A DNA stretch of 64,000 nt from Huintestinicola sp. (GTDB lineage: Bacteria; Bacillota; Clostridia; Oscillospirales; Ruminococcaceae). Made by a program: the position numbers and the translations under genes. Positions 18,612 to 28,040 of the stretch are shown here, in pieces. The notes under the pieces were generated by a model that was not told the origin of the DNA, made no database searches, and worked only from the letters and a program-made list of their open reading frames with translations. The DNA lies in NCBI RefSeq assembly GCF_051882455.1, contig NZ_JBJERV010000014.1, positions 22,920 to 86,919 on the forward strand, read 5' to 3'. The first letter of the stretch is position 1, and each line of letters opens with the position of its first letter.

Positions 18612-19756
18612 TAAGAACCCTGCCGAATTATGGGCAGGCTTACTGTTGCTTCAAGCCCGTCATTGTGATTTTGCAAAAGGATATTGCCGTTTTGCTGCTC
18701 TGTGATATATTTTACGATGTAAAGCCCAAGACCCGAGCCCTGCTCATTCCCGCAGTTCTTTCCGCGGTAGAATTTACCGAAAATAAAGGGCATATCCTCA
18801 TCGGGAATACCCTTGCCATGATCGCGGAAATGTATCAGAACATTGCCTTCCGACTGTGTGATAAAAATATCTATGTCCGTTTTTGCATATTTGCGAGCGT
18901 TATTGATGAGATTTTCCGTTATCTGCATAAGTCTGTTCTTATCTGCCGATACGGCTGCGGTAAAATCGGGCTTTCGGAAATGCACATCGTTATGCTCCGC
19001 CGCAATTTCATTTACTGCATTTTCAATAAATCCGCAAAGCTCGAAGGTCTCGGGAATGATTTTAAGCTTGTCCATATCGGAAAGCGAATGTAAAAAAAGG
19101 TCGTTTGTAAGGCGCGATACCTCGTCGCATTTTTTCATTATCACCCCAAGATATTTCCTGCGCTTTTCGGGAGTGCCGTCAAGATTTGCTTCAAGTCCCT
19201 CCGCATATGCGCGGATAGAGGCAATGGGAGTTTTTATGTCATGCGAAAGAGTCGCAATGACCGTTTTGTTATTCTCAACAGCTTCACGCTCACAGGAACG
19301 GGCTTTGGTTATCTCGCGGCGCATACTGTCAAATGCCCAGGTAAATTCTCCGAAATAGTTTGAGCGTTCGTATTCAAGAGGAATATCAAAATTTCCCTGA
19401 GAAATTTTTTCTGCAAAACTTTTCAGCTTGTCAAAGGGACGCAGGACCGCAAAATACACATAGCCGAATATTACCCCACAAAATACGATACAGATACCGC
19501 ACATAACAAAGATACCGCCGCTCACATCGGGAGCTGTCGGCACAGAGCGGATGCTTTCCGAAAGCTCCTCGGTTTTTTCGGACAATTTTTCATATTCGCC
19601 CATCTTTGCAAGCTGCTTGATCTCATTAACAGCAACAAGCTGCTCGGCTTTGTTATCCCGGATATCCGACTGCTTCTGAGAAAAATAAAGTATGCCCGCA
19701 GCTATGATCATCAGCGCCGAAAATAAGGCTGTTACAGAGATAAGCTTTCTTTTCAT
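18611..19756 (-). CDS. HAMP-domain sensor histidine kinase
   Basis: H-box LSHDIKTP; NLINNARKY, DHGKG and GSGLGL. Confidence 0.95.
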   Translation of the reverse strand: MKRKLISVTALFSALMIIAAGILYFSQKQSDIRDNKAEQLVAVNEIKQLAKMGEYEKLSEKTEELSESIRSVPTAPDVSGGIFVMCGICIVFCGVIFGYVYFAVLRPFDKLKSFAEKISQGNFDIPLEYERSNYFGEFTWAFDSMRREITKARSCEREAVENNKTVIATLSHDIKTPIASIRAYAEGLEANLDGTPEKRRKYLGVIMKKCDEVSRLTNDLFLHSLSDMDKLKIIPETFELCGFIENAVNEIAAEHNDVHFRKPDFTAAVSADKNRLMQITENLINNARKYAKTDIDIFITQSEGNVLIHFRDHGKGIPDEDMPFIFGKFYRGKNCGNEQGSGLGLYIVKYITEQQNGNILLQNHNDGLEATVSLPIIRQGS

Positions 19757-20442
19757 TCCTTCACCTCCAGCATATAGCCGACCTTATAGACAGTTTTTAT
19801 AAACTGCGGTTCGGCGGGGTCTTCCTCTAATTTTTCTCTGAGCCAGCGGATATGCACTGTCAGTGTGGACGGCTCAACCGTTGAAAAGGCTCCCCACACC
19901 TCCGACAGCAGCTTGTCCTTGGGGACAGCTGTATTTATATGCTCGCAGAGATACGCCAGCAGGTCAAATTCACGCAGGGACAGGGATACGCTTTCGCCGC
20001 TCCTGTCAACGGTCCTGGCAGTAATGTTCACCCTTACATTTCCGAATTTCACGATTTTTTCTTCCGATGAAAAGCCGTAGGTGCGGCGGATAAGGGCATT
20101 TACTCTGGAAAGAAGCTCCTTCATGGAATAGGGCTTTGGAAGAAAATCATCTCCGCCGATGTCAAATCCCGTTATCCGGTCGGTCTCGCTTGTTCTGGCG
20201 CTTGCGAATATGACGGGGACCGTTGATGCTCTGCGAAGCTCTTTGCAAAGCTCAAAGCCAGTTGTATCGGGAAGATTTATGTCAAGCAGTATAAGATGAT
20301 ATGTATTTACCGATAAAAGCTCAAAGGCTTTTTCGCTGTCCGGGGCACAGATCACGCTATAGCCGTAGCTGTCCAGCATTTCGGATATGATAAAGGACAG
20401 GTCCTCGTCATCGTCTATGATAAGTATTTGTTTACGGGACAT
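19753..20442 (-). CDS. OmpR-family response regulator
   Basis: ILIIDDD, LLDINLP, KPY, VHIRWLREKLE, TVYKVGY; start at 20442 or 20448. Confidence 0.95.
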   Translation of the reverse strand: MSRKQILIIDDDEDLSFIISEMLDSYGYSVICAPDSEKAFELLSVNTYHLILLDINLPDTTGFELCKELRRASTVPVIFASARTSETDRITGFDIGGDDFLPKPYSMKELLSRVNALIRRTYGFSSEEKIVKFGNVRVNITARTVDRSGESVSLSLREFDLLAYLCEHINTAVPKDKLLSEVWGAFSTVEPSTLTVHIRWLREKLEEDPAEPQFIKTVYKVGYMLEVKE

Positions 20443-20690
20443 ATTCATGATCCTTTCTATGGATTTTTGGAAATTATTGACAGCACAGCCTATATTTCAT
20501 AAACTGATATATTGGTGAATTTATTATAACACAGCGACCTCAAAAAAGCAATAATATGATTTTTTATTATGTATCATACGCCTCAAAAAGAATGACACCT
20601 GCAATGATCGGGCAAATTTTTCAAAAAGCTCTTGAAGAATATTACCGGATATGTTATAATATGTGGTAATAACAGAAAAGGAGCGATGTT

Positions 20691-21086
20691 ATGCCCATAT
20701 ACGAATCAGGCGAGGACTACCTTGAAACGATACTTCTGCTCCACGAAAAAACAGGCTTTGTCCGTTCGGTGGATATTGCCTGCGAGCTGAATTATTCAAA
20801 GCCAAGCATAAGCAGAGCGGTAAATATCCTCAAGGAAAGCGGATATATAACCGTTGAGGCGGGCGGTCAGATACTTCTGACGGAGGAAGGCAGAAAAAAA
20901 GCGGAGTCAATTTACGAAAGGCACGTTAATATCACCCGTTTTCTTGAGGACGTGCTGAGCGTCAGCCGCGAAAACGCCGAGCACGATGCCTGCAAGATCG
21001 AGCATATAATAAGTGAGGAAAGCTATGAAAAGCTGAAGCGGTTCACCGCAGAGTATACCTCGGGAAAGGAAAATAAAAATTTATGA
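20691..21086 (+). CDS. DtxR/MntR-family metal-dependent regulator (short type)
   Basis: EDYLETI, RSVDIA, SKPSISRA, ERH and DACKIEH; promoter TTGAAG (20632), 17 bp, TATAAT (20655). Confidence 0.92.
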   Translation: MPIYESGEDYLETILLLHEKTGFVRSVDIACELNYSKPSISRAVNILKESGYITVEAGGQILLTEEGRKKAESIYERHVNITRFLEDVLSVSRENAEHDACKIEHIISEESYEKLKRFTAEYTSGKENKNL

Positions 21087-22243
21087 AAAGCAGTGTAATG
21101 GATATAATTTTGTCTGTAGCCGTGCTGCTGTCAATGACAGCCTGCGGGGGAGAGAACGATACAGCGGATAACTCTCAGAACAATTCCGCTCCGGCGGAAG
21201 AAGCTTCTGCGGCAGTTTCTGCCAATGATTATGAAAAAAAGCGCGTTACCGTTGACGGTACGACCTTCAAGGTTGACGGCAAGGAGCTCTGGATAAACGG
21301 AGTAAATACTCCCTGGCAGAACTGGAACGACTTTGGCGGAAATTTTGACGAAAGCTTCTGGGACAGCCATTTTGCCGAGCTTCATGAGGCAGGGGTCAAC
21401 GCCACAAGAATATGGGTCAACTGCAACGGAATGAGCATAGTCCGCCTTAGATCCGACGGAACTGTTCAGGCAATAGACGAGCAGCACTGGACCGACCTTG
21501 ACAAGCTTTTTGAGCTTGCGGAAAAGCACGATATCTACATAATGGCGACCCTTCTTTCCTTTGACCATTTCAAGGACGGAAACTCGGGCTGCGATAAATT
21601 CAGAACGATGATATCCGATGATACTGCCACACAGTCTTATATCGACTCATACGTTATCCCCTTTGTGGAGAGATACGGAAACAGCCCCAGTCTCTGGAGC
21701 ATCGACCTTATGAACGAGCCCGACTGGGTCTATGAAAATGCAGAATGCGGCAAGGTGGGCTGGGATAAGCTTTCTAACTTCTTTGCAAAATGCTCCGCCG
21801 CCATTCACGAAAATTCCGACGAGCTGGTAACGGTAGGTCTGGGAATGATAAAGTATAACTCGGACAAGTTTGACGGCAACTATGTTTCCGATGAATTTCT
21901 AAAATCTCTCGGCGGCGAGAATGCATACCTTGACTTTTACTCCACCCACTATTATTTCTGGCAGAATGCATATATGGGCTATCCTTTTGAGCAGTCTCCC
22001 GTTTCCTTCGGACTTGACGGCACAAAGCCCTGTGTCATAGGCGAGGCGGCTGTTAAGAGCGAGAGCGGCAGAACTCCCGAGGAGGACTACGAAAATGCCT
22101 ACAACAACGGCTGGAATGGCGTTATGGCATGGACTTCAAACGGTGTTGACTCCTGCGGCAGCCTTACCGAGCTTATGCCTGCGGTGACTAAAATGCGGGA
22201 TATGATAAAGGACAAGATCTTCCCTTTGGGTTATAACTCGTAA
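21083..22243 (+). CDS. GH5-family glycoside hydrolase lipoprotein (mannanase/cellulase-like)
   Basis: SMTAC lipobox; acid/base NEP, DFYSTHYY and nucleophile region KPCVIGE. Confidence 0.8.
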   Translation: MKSSVMDIILSVAVLLSMTACGGENDTADNSQNNSAPAEEASAAVSANDYEKKRVTVDGTTFKVDGKELWINGVNTPWQNWNDFGGNFDESFWDSHFAELHEAGVNATRIWVNCNGMSIVRLRSDGTVQAIDEQHWTDLDKLFELAEKHDIYIMATLLSFDHFKDGNSGCDKFRTMISDDTATQSYIDSYVIPFVERYGNSPSLWSIDLMNEPDWVYENAECGKVGWDKLSNFFAKCSAAIHENSDELVTVGLGMIKYNSDKFDGNYVSDEFLKSLGGENAYLDFYSTHYYFWQNAYMGYPFEQSPVSFGLDGTKPCVIGEAAVKSESGRTPEEDYENAYNNGWNGVMAWTSNGVDSCGSLTELMPAVTKMRDMIKDKIFPLGYNS

Positions 22244-22361
22244 GCTGAGGATCACCACAAATTTTCCCGAAATATTGACTTTGAGCGCATGATGTGATAT
22301 AATCAGATAAGAATTTCCCGAATGTTCGGGAGAAAAAATACGAAAAGTGAGGAAATATGAT

Positions 22362-22964
22362 ATGAATATAGTTTGTCTCGACCTTGAGGGCGTTCTCGTT
22401 CCCGAGATATGGATCGCATTTGCAGAGGCGAGCGGTATACCCGAGCTGAAAAAGACCACCCGTGACGAGCCTGATTACGATAAGCTTATGAAATGGCGCA
22501 TCGGTATCCTCAAGGAGCACGGTTTGGGACTCAAGGAAATTCAGGACACCATTGCAAAGATAGACCCCATGCCCGGAGCAAAGGAGTTCTTGGACGAGCT
22601 TCGTTCTCTGACTCAGGTCATCATCATCAGCGATACCTTCACACAGTTTGCTTCTCCTCTTATGAAGAAGCTGGGCTGGCCCACTATTTTCTGCAATTCC
22701 CTCGAGGTTTCCGAAAGCGGCGAGGTAACAGGCTTTAAAATGCGCTGCGAGCAGTCTAAGCTCACTACCGTAAAGGCTCTTCAGTCCATCGGCTATGACA
22801 CCATCGCCAGCGGAGACAGCTACAACGACCTGGGTATGATAAAGGCAAGCAAGGCAGGCTTCCTTTTCAAGAGCACAGATAAGATAAAGAACGACAACCC
22901 CGAGATGCCCGCATATGAAACCTATGAGGAACTTATGGCGGCTATCAAAAAGGTGCTTGACTGA
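22362..22964 (+). CDS. thrH: Phosphoserine phosphatase / homoserine phosphotransferase
   Basis: CLDLEGVLVPEIW, TTRDEPDYD, GDSYND; promoter TTGACT (22275), 17 bp, TATAAT (22298). Confidence 0.9.
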   Translation: MNIVCLDLEGVLVPEIWIAFAEASGIPELKKTTRDEPDYDKLMKWRIGILKEHGLGLKEIQDTIAKIDPMPGAKEFLDELRSLTQVIIISDTFTQFASPLMKKLGWPTIFCNSLEVSESGEVTGFKMRCEQSKLTTVKALQSIGYDTIASGDSYNDLGMIKASKAGFLFKSTDKIKNDNPEMPAYETYEELMAAIKKVLD

Positions 22965-23039
22965 TTTTGGGAATTTGTTTGAAAAAAAACACTTGACAAA
23001 TCCTAAATTTAGGCTATAATAAAAGTATCGGATATGTTA

Positions 23040-23311
23040 CAAATGCGCTGACGGGGACGGAGCGCCCATAAAAGTCATCAGAGAGCCTGCATTTGGTGCG
23101 AGCAGGCGGCTTTAAAGGCAATCTCCCATCACCCCTGAGCTTTGCGGCTGAAAGGCTATGCTTATTAGGCGGCAGCGGGCTTCTCCCGTTACAGAGAACT
23201 GCTATTGTTTGATGGCAGACTGAGCGGCGCCGTTTATCGGCGCAATAAGAGTGGTAACGTGGGTACATTTGTCCTCACCTCTTGATAACAAGGGGTGAGG
23301 TTTTTTATTTT
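23040..23311 (+). ncRNA. T-box riboswitch, probably Ile (AUC specifier)
   Basis: CAGAGAG and GGTGCGA stem I motifs; CCC-ATC-ACCCC at 23125-23135; T-box AAGAGTGGTAACGTG; terminator CCTCACCTCTTG/CAAGGGGTGAGG-T6; promoter TTGACA (22993) and TATAAT (23015). Confidence 0.9.
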
Positions 23312-23351
23312 CCGAAATTCGTGTTATATCGAAATGAAAAGGAGAATGGTT

Positions 23352-24548
23352 ATGCTTACACTTGATATGGTTTACAGTGCGTCCTACAAGCTTAAAGAGG
23401 TCATCAGAAAAACGGATATTATCCCTGCCCCCAAGCTTTCGGACAAATGCGACGTTTATCTTAAAACCGAGAATTTGCAGGTAACAGGCTCTTTCAAGGT
23501 GAGAGGAGCATATTACAAAATTTCCCAGCTTTCCGACGAAGAAAAGGCAAGGGGAGTTATTGCCTGCAGCGCGGGAAATCACGCTCAGGGAGTGGCTTTG
23601 GCTGCGGCTAAAAACGGTATAAAATCTCTTATTTGCCTTCCCGACGCTGCGCCTATCTCGAAGATAGAGGCTACCCGTTCCTATGGTGCGGACATATGTC
23701 TTGTGGACGGCGTTTACGATGACGCATACGCAAAGGCTATAAGTCTCAGGGACGAAAAGGGCTACACATTTATCCACCCCTTTGACGACGAGTATGTTAT
23801 CGCGGGACAGGGAACCATTGGTCTGGAGCTTCTTGAGCAGCTGCCCGAGGCGGACGCAGTTGTAGTTCCCGTGGGCGGCGGCGGACTCATTTCCGGCGTT
23901 GCGTTCACTCTCAAAAAGCTCAAGCCCGAGATAAAGGTTTACGGCGTTCAGGCGGCAGGCGCTCCCAGCATGGAGCAGTCCCTCGCACACGGCAAAATTG
24001 AGCGCCTTTCCTCCGTTTCCACCATTGCAGACGGCATAAAGGTAATGGAGCCCGGCGTGAACACCTTTGAAATGTGCAGGGAATACGTTGACGGTGTAGT
24101 TACAGTTACCGACGACGAGATATCCAGCGCAATTCTTGCTCTTATGGAGCAGCACAAGCTTATTGCCGAGGGGGCGGGCGCCGTTCCCGTGGCGGCTGTT
24201 ATGTTTGACAAGATACCCGAGATAGAGGGCAAGAAGGTCATATGCCTTGTTTCGGGAGGAAACATTGACGTGACCATTCTCAGCCGTGTTATTGAGAGAG
24301 GTCTGCTGAAATCGGGCAGGACCTGTCTGCTGAATATCGAGCTTATCGACAAGCCGGGTCAGCTTAAAGGTGTTTCGGATATTATCGCTTCTCTGAGCGG
24401 CAATGTTATTTCCGTTCACCACGAGCGTGCAAACGAGGGTGCGGACATCAACGGCTGCTACCTGAGAATTATCCTTGAAACGAGAAATCACGAGCATATC
24501 GCTCAGATAAGAAATGCACTTACGGGTGCAGGATTTAAGCTGGTGTAA
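23352..24548 (+). CDS. ilvA: Threonine ammonia-lyase with C-terminal ACT domain
   Basis: KTENLQVTGSFKVRGA, SAGNHAQG, VGGGGL, SGGNID and DKPGQL (ACT). Confidence 0.93.
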   Translation: MLTLDMVYSASYKLKEVIRKTDIIPAPKLSDKCDVYLKTENLQVTGSFKVRGAYYKISQLSDEEKARGVIACSAGNHAQGVALAAAKNGIKSLICLPDAAPISKIEATRSYGADICLVDGVYDDAYAKAISLRDEKGYTFIHPFDDEYVIAGQGTIGLELLEQLPEADAVVVPVGGGGLISGVAFTLKKLKPEIKVYGVQAAGAPSMEQSLAHGKIERLSSVSTIADGIKVMEPGVNTFEMCREYVDGVVTVTDDEISSAILALMEQHKLIAEGAGAVPVAAVMFDKIPEIEGKKVICLVSGGNIDVTILSRVIERGLLKSGRTCLLNIELIDKPGQLKGVSDIIASLSGNVISVHHERANEGADINGCYLRIILETRNHEHIAQIRNALTGAGFKLV

Positions 24549-24551
24549 GCT

Positions 24552-25184
24552 ATGCCGAACAGATACACGATAATTGATGAAAAAACGTGGAAGCGTGCAA
24601 TGCACTGTATGGTGTTCAGAAACAGCGTTGAGCCGTGTTTCTGCGTTACCTTCGAGGCTGATATCACAGAGTTTCTGAGAAAAATTAAAGCAAAGGGATA
24701 TTCCTTTACCCTTTCCATGGTCTATGCGGTCTGCAAATGCGCCAATGAAATTGAAGAGTTCAGATACCGCTTTGCTGACGGCAAGGTAGTGCTTTTTGAA
24801 AGCATTGACACGGCTTTTACCTATCTCAACAAGGAAACAGAGCTTTTCAAGGTGGTAAACGTCCCCATGACAGACACTCTTGACGAATACGTTCAGCTTG
24901 CAAAAAGGACGGCGAAGGAGCAGCGGGAATATTTTACGGGTCCTCTCGGAAACGATGTTTTCCAGTGTTCTCCCATGCCCTGGATAACATATACCCATAT
25001 TTCCCACACAAACAGCGGCAAGAAGGATAATGCCACTCCGCTTTTTGACTGGGGAAAATATTATGAGAAAAACGGCAGGATATTTATCCCTGTTTCGGTT
25101 CAGGCACACCATTCGTTTGTTGACGGTATCCACATTGGAAAATTTGCGGAAAGACTGCAAAATTATCTCAATGAATATAAATAA
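24552..25184 (+). CDS. CatA-like (type A chloramphenicol) O-acetyltransferase
   Basis: WKRAMH, SPMPW, PLFDWGKY and catalytic HHSFVDGIH motif. Confidence 0.85.
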   Translation: MPNRYTIIDEKTWKRAMHCMVFRNSVEPCFCVTFEADITEFLRKIKAKGYSFTLSMVYAVCKCANEIEEFRYRFADGKVVLFESIDTAFTYLNKETELFKVVNVPMTDTLDEYVQLAKRTAKEQREYFTGPLGNDVFQCSPMPWITYTHISHTNSGKKDNATPLFDWGKYYEKNGRIFIPVSVQAHHSFVDGIHIGKFAERLQNYLNEYK

Positions 25185-25204
25185 TTATTTAGGAGGAATT
25201 TATC

Positions 25205-25579
25205 ATGTCAGAAAAAATCTACACCAAAAACGCTCCCGACGCTATCGGTCCTTACTCTCAGGCAGTAAAATGCGGAAATCTTCTTTTCACATCGGGTCAG
25301 ATAGCAATCAATCCCGCAACGGGCAATGTTGAGGCTCAGGGGATAGAAGCCCAGACAAGGCAGATATGCGAAAATCTCAAGGCTGTTCTTGCCGAGGCAG
25401 GCTGCACCTTTGAGAATGTGGTAAAGACCACCTGCTTCCTTGACAATATGGACGACTTTGCAGCGTTCAATGCGGTTTACGGCGAGTATTTCACAAGCAA
25501 GCCCGCACGTTCCTGCGTGGAGGTGTCAAAGCTTCCCAAGGGCGTTCTTGCAGAGGTAGAGGTCATCGCCGAGCTTTGA
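25205..25579 (+). CDS. ridA: RidA enamine/imine deaminase
   Basis: APDAIGPYSQA, SGQI, VVKTTCFL, PARSCV, EVEVIA. Confidence 0.92.
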   Translation: MSEKIYTKNAPDAIGPYSQAVKCGNLLFTSGQIAINPATGNVEAQGIEAQTRQICENLKAVLAEAGCTFENVVKTTCFLDNMDDFAAFNAVYGEYFTSKPARSCVEVSKLPKGVLAEVEVIAEL

Positions 25580-25702
25580 TAATTACGGCACAGGGAGCGA
25601 TTTTTCGGTCTCTGTGCCTGTATTTATGCTATTTTGTACATATTTCCGAGGCGCAGAGCGGTATTTTTTTACCTATTACCGACAAATTTTTTTCAAAAGC
25701 CC

Positions 25703-25790
25703 TTGCATTTCAGTGATAAATGTGATATAATAATTACAGTACACCAATAGTTTGAGGCAAAGATCGGAGCAATCCGGTCTTTCTTGTTTG
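25703..25790 (+). promoter_or_regulatory. rimP-nusA operon promoter and leader hairpin
   Basis: TTGCAT, 17 bp, TATAAT; AAAGATCGGA-GCAA-TCCGGTCTTT hairpin at 25759-25782 followed by a T-rich run. Confidence 0.65.
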
Positions 25791-25804
25791 ATGGAGGTAT
25801 GTTT

Positions 25805-26323
25805 ATGGCAGTTAAAAAGGGAGGCAAGGGCGGAAATACGGTGGCGGCTGTGTTTGAGATAGCAAAGCCCATTGCCGACAGTCTCGGGCTCACCATCTGG
25901 GACATCACCTACGACAAGGAGGGCGCTCTCAGATATCTCAGGGTCCTTATCGAAAAGCCCGACGGCTTCATTGATATGGACGACTGCGAGGCTATGACGA
26001 GACCCCTTTCTGCGGCTCTTGACGAGCGTGACCCTATCGACGAGCAGTATATGCTTGAGGTCGGCTCACCGGGACTGGGCAGGGAGCTTAAAAGGCAGGA
26101 GCATTTTGAACGCTTCCTTGAATGTCCGCTGCGCATAAGATATATCCGTGAAAAAGACGGCGTTAAGGAATTTATCGCCGTGCTGACAGCGTATAATAAG
26201 GAAAGCGGCAGCATTACCGTTGAGACCGAGCGGGGCACCGAGGAGATAGTATTGTCCGACACCGCATTCGTGAAGCTCTATGACGACGAGGAGCTGCCCG
26301 AAGAATTTCTGAGCGATGAATAA
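25805..26323 (+). CDS. rimP: Ribosome maturation factor RimP
   Basis: LRVLIEK, DDCE, YMLEVGSPGL; first gene of the nusA-infB operon. Confidence 0.92.
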   Translation: MAVKKGGKGGNTVAAVFEIAKPIADSLGLTIWDITYDKEGALRYLRVLIEKPDGFIDMDDCEAMTRPLSAALDERDPIDEQYMLEVGSPGLGRELKRQEHFERFLECPLRIRYIREKDGVKEFIAVLTAYNKESGSITVETERGTEEIVLSDTAFVKLYDDEELPEEFLSDE

Positions 26324-26358
26324 GTTAAAAATACAATTTCAGGAGGAATATAAGGAAA

Positions 26359-27402
26359 ATGAATAAGGAATTTTTTGACGCACTTGAATGTCTCGCAGGT
26401 GAAAACAACATTCCGCTGGACGCTCTTGTGGAGAAGATCGAACAGGGTATTTTAAAGGCTGTAAGAAAGGAATATCCCGATTGTGACGATTTTCTTGTGG
26501 ACATTGACCCTGCAGAAAACAAGTTTGACGTATGCGTTATGAGAAATGTTGTTGACGACGAGCCTATCGACCTTAACGAGATAAACATTGAGGAGGCGCG
26601 CACCATCGTTCCGGGCTGCGTATGCGGAGACGCTGTTCCCTACAAGCTTGACACCGCAAAGTTCGGCAGAGTTGCCGCTCAGTATGCAAAGCAGTCCATC
26701 AGGCACGATGTGAAGGAATTTGAAAAGGAAAAGATAATCGCTCAGTACAAGGACAAGGTACATGAAATAATTTCCGCTACCGTTCAGAAGGTGGAGCCTG
26801 CTACAGGCAACGCGATCATGCTTGTTGACAAGAATGAGATATGCCTGTACAAGAATGAGCAGATACCCGGCGAAGTACTTACCGAAGGCGATATTGTCAA
26901 AATTTACGTAGTTGGGATCATAAACCCCGACAGAAAGCCCTCCGTCAAGATATCCCGTACTCACAAGGACCTGGTCAAGAGACTTTTTGAGCTTGAGATA
27001 CCCGAGATATATGACGGCGTGGTGGAAGTTAAGTCCATAGCAAGAGAGGCAGGCTCACGCACAAAGATAGCTGTCTGCTCCAAGGACCCCAATGTTGACT
27101 GCGTAGGCGCCTGCATTGGTCCCAGACGCTCCAGAATAAGCAAGATAGTTGAAGAGCTGGGCGGCGAGAAGATAGACATTATCGTTTACGACGAGGACCC
27201 TGCGGTATTTATTGCAAAGGCTCTTGCTCCTGCGGACGTTATAAGAGTTGACATTGCCGAGGGCGAGGAGAAGATGTGCACCGTTATCGTGCCCAACAAT
27301 CAGCTTTCTCTCGCTATCGGAAACAAGGGTCAGAACGCCAAGCTTGCAGCCCGTCTTACAGGCTTCAAGATAGACATCAAGCCCGAAAATCCTGTGGAGT
27401 GA
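26359..27402 (+). CDS. nusA: Transcription termination factor NusA
   Basis: FGRVAAQ, LFELEIPEI, AREAGSRTKIAV, AIGNKGQNAKLA. Confidence 0.96.
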   Translation: MNKEFFDALECLAGENNIPLDALVEKIEQGILKAVRKEYPDCDDFLVDIDPAENKFDVCVMRNVVDDEPIDLNEINIEEARTIVPGCVCGDAVPYKLDTAKFGRVAAQYAKQSIRHDVKEFEKEKIIAQYKDKVHEIISATVQKVEPATGNAIMLVDKNEICLYKNEQIPGEVLTEGDIVKIYVVGIINPDRKPSVKISRTHKDLVKRLFELEIPEIYDGVVEVKSIAREAGSRTKIAVCSKDPNVDCVGACIGPRRSRISKIVEELGGEKIDIIVYDEDPAVFIAKALAPADVIRVDIAEGEEKMCTVIVPNNQLSLAIGNKGQNAKLAARLTGFKIDIKPENPVE

Positions 27403-27442
27403 TCCGCATTGATATATACATCAGATAAAACGAGGTGATATT

Positions 27443-27715
27443 GTGGCAGGCGTTAAGAAGATACCCATGAGAATGTGTCTCGGCTGCGGCGAGATGAAGC
27501 CAAAGAAAGAGCTTATCCGTGCGGTGAAGTCTCCCGAGGGTGAGATATCTCTCGATCTTACGGGAAAGAAGTCCGGAAGAGGAGCGTATGTTTGTCCGAA
27601 TGCGGAGTGCCTCAGACTTGCGAGAAAGGCAAAACGCTTCGAGAAAAGCTTTGAATGCCGCATATCAGACGAGGTCTACGACAATATGGAGAGAGAGCTG
27701 AATGAACGGCAGTAA
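27443..27715 (+). CDS. ylxR: YlxR/RnpM RNA-binding protein
   Basis: PMRMCLGC...KKELIR...GRGAYVC; conserved synteny. Confidence 0.9.
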   Translation: MAGVKKIPMRMCLGCGEMKPKKELIRAVKSPEGEISLDLTGKKSGRGAYVCPNAECLRLARKAKRFEKSFECRISDEVYDNMERELNERQ

Positions 27716-28013
27716 ACAAAAGATATTTGATCTGCTTACGATTTGCAGAAAAGCAGGAAGAATGACAATGGGCTTTGACTCGGTGAAGGAGTCCATCCTG
27801 ACGGGAAAAGCCAAGCTTGTTCTTCTTGCCTCGGATATTTCCGCAAAGACGGAAAAGGAAGTCAGATTTTTCGCCGATAAAAACTCGGCAGAAGTTCATA
27901 CCATTCCCGTTACCATTGCCGAAGTAGAGTTCGGTACGGGCAGAAAAGCGGGAGTTATGGGCATATGCGATGAGGGCTTTGCTAAAAAGATAAACGAGCT
28001 TTTACGGCAGTAA
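27702..28013 (+). CDS. ylxQ: L7Ae-like ribosomal protein
   Basis: LLTICRKAG...LVLLASDIS; conserved synteny. Confidence 0.85.
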   Translation: MNGSKQKIFDLLTICRKAGRMTMGFDSVKESILTGKAKLVLLASDISAKTEKEVRFFADKNSAEVHTIPVTIAEVEFGTGRKAGVMGICDEGFAKKINELLRQ

Positions 28014-28040
28014 CGTAATATTAGGAGGGTCTTATAGCCT

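Noticed and set aside
24540-24560. ilvA and cat are in the same frame (TAA GCT ATG): possible read-through fusion
   Set aside because: TAA is a strong stop, cat has a usable GGTG SD, and both proteins are complete separately.
23202-25160. 652-aa antisense ORF, and similar ones at 28974-30173, 33963-35462 and 44241-45158
   Set aside because: Shadows of real genes. The 652-aa ORF is codon-aligned with ilvA/cat and is explained by avoidance of TTA/CTA/TCA codons; none shows recognisable motifs.
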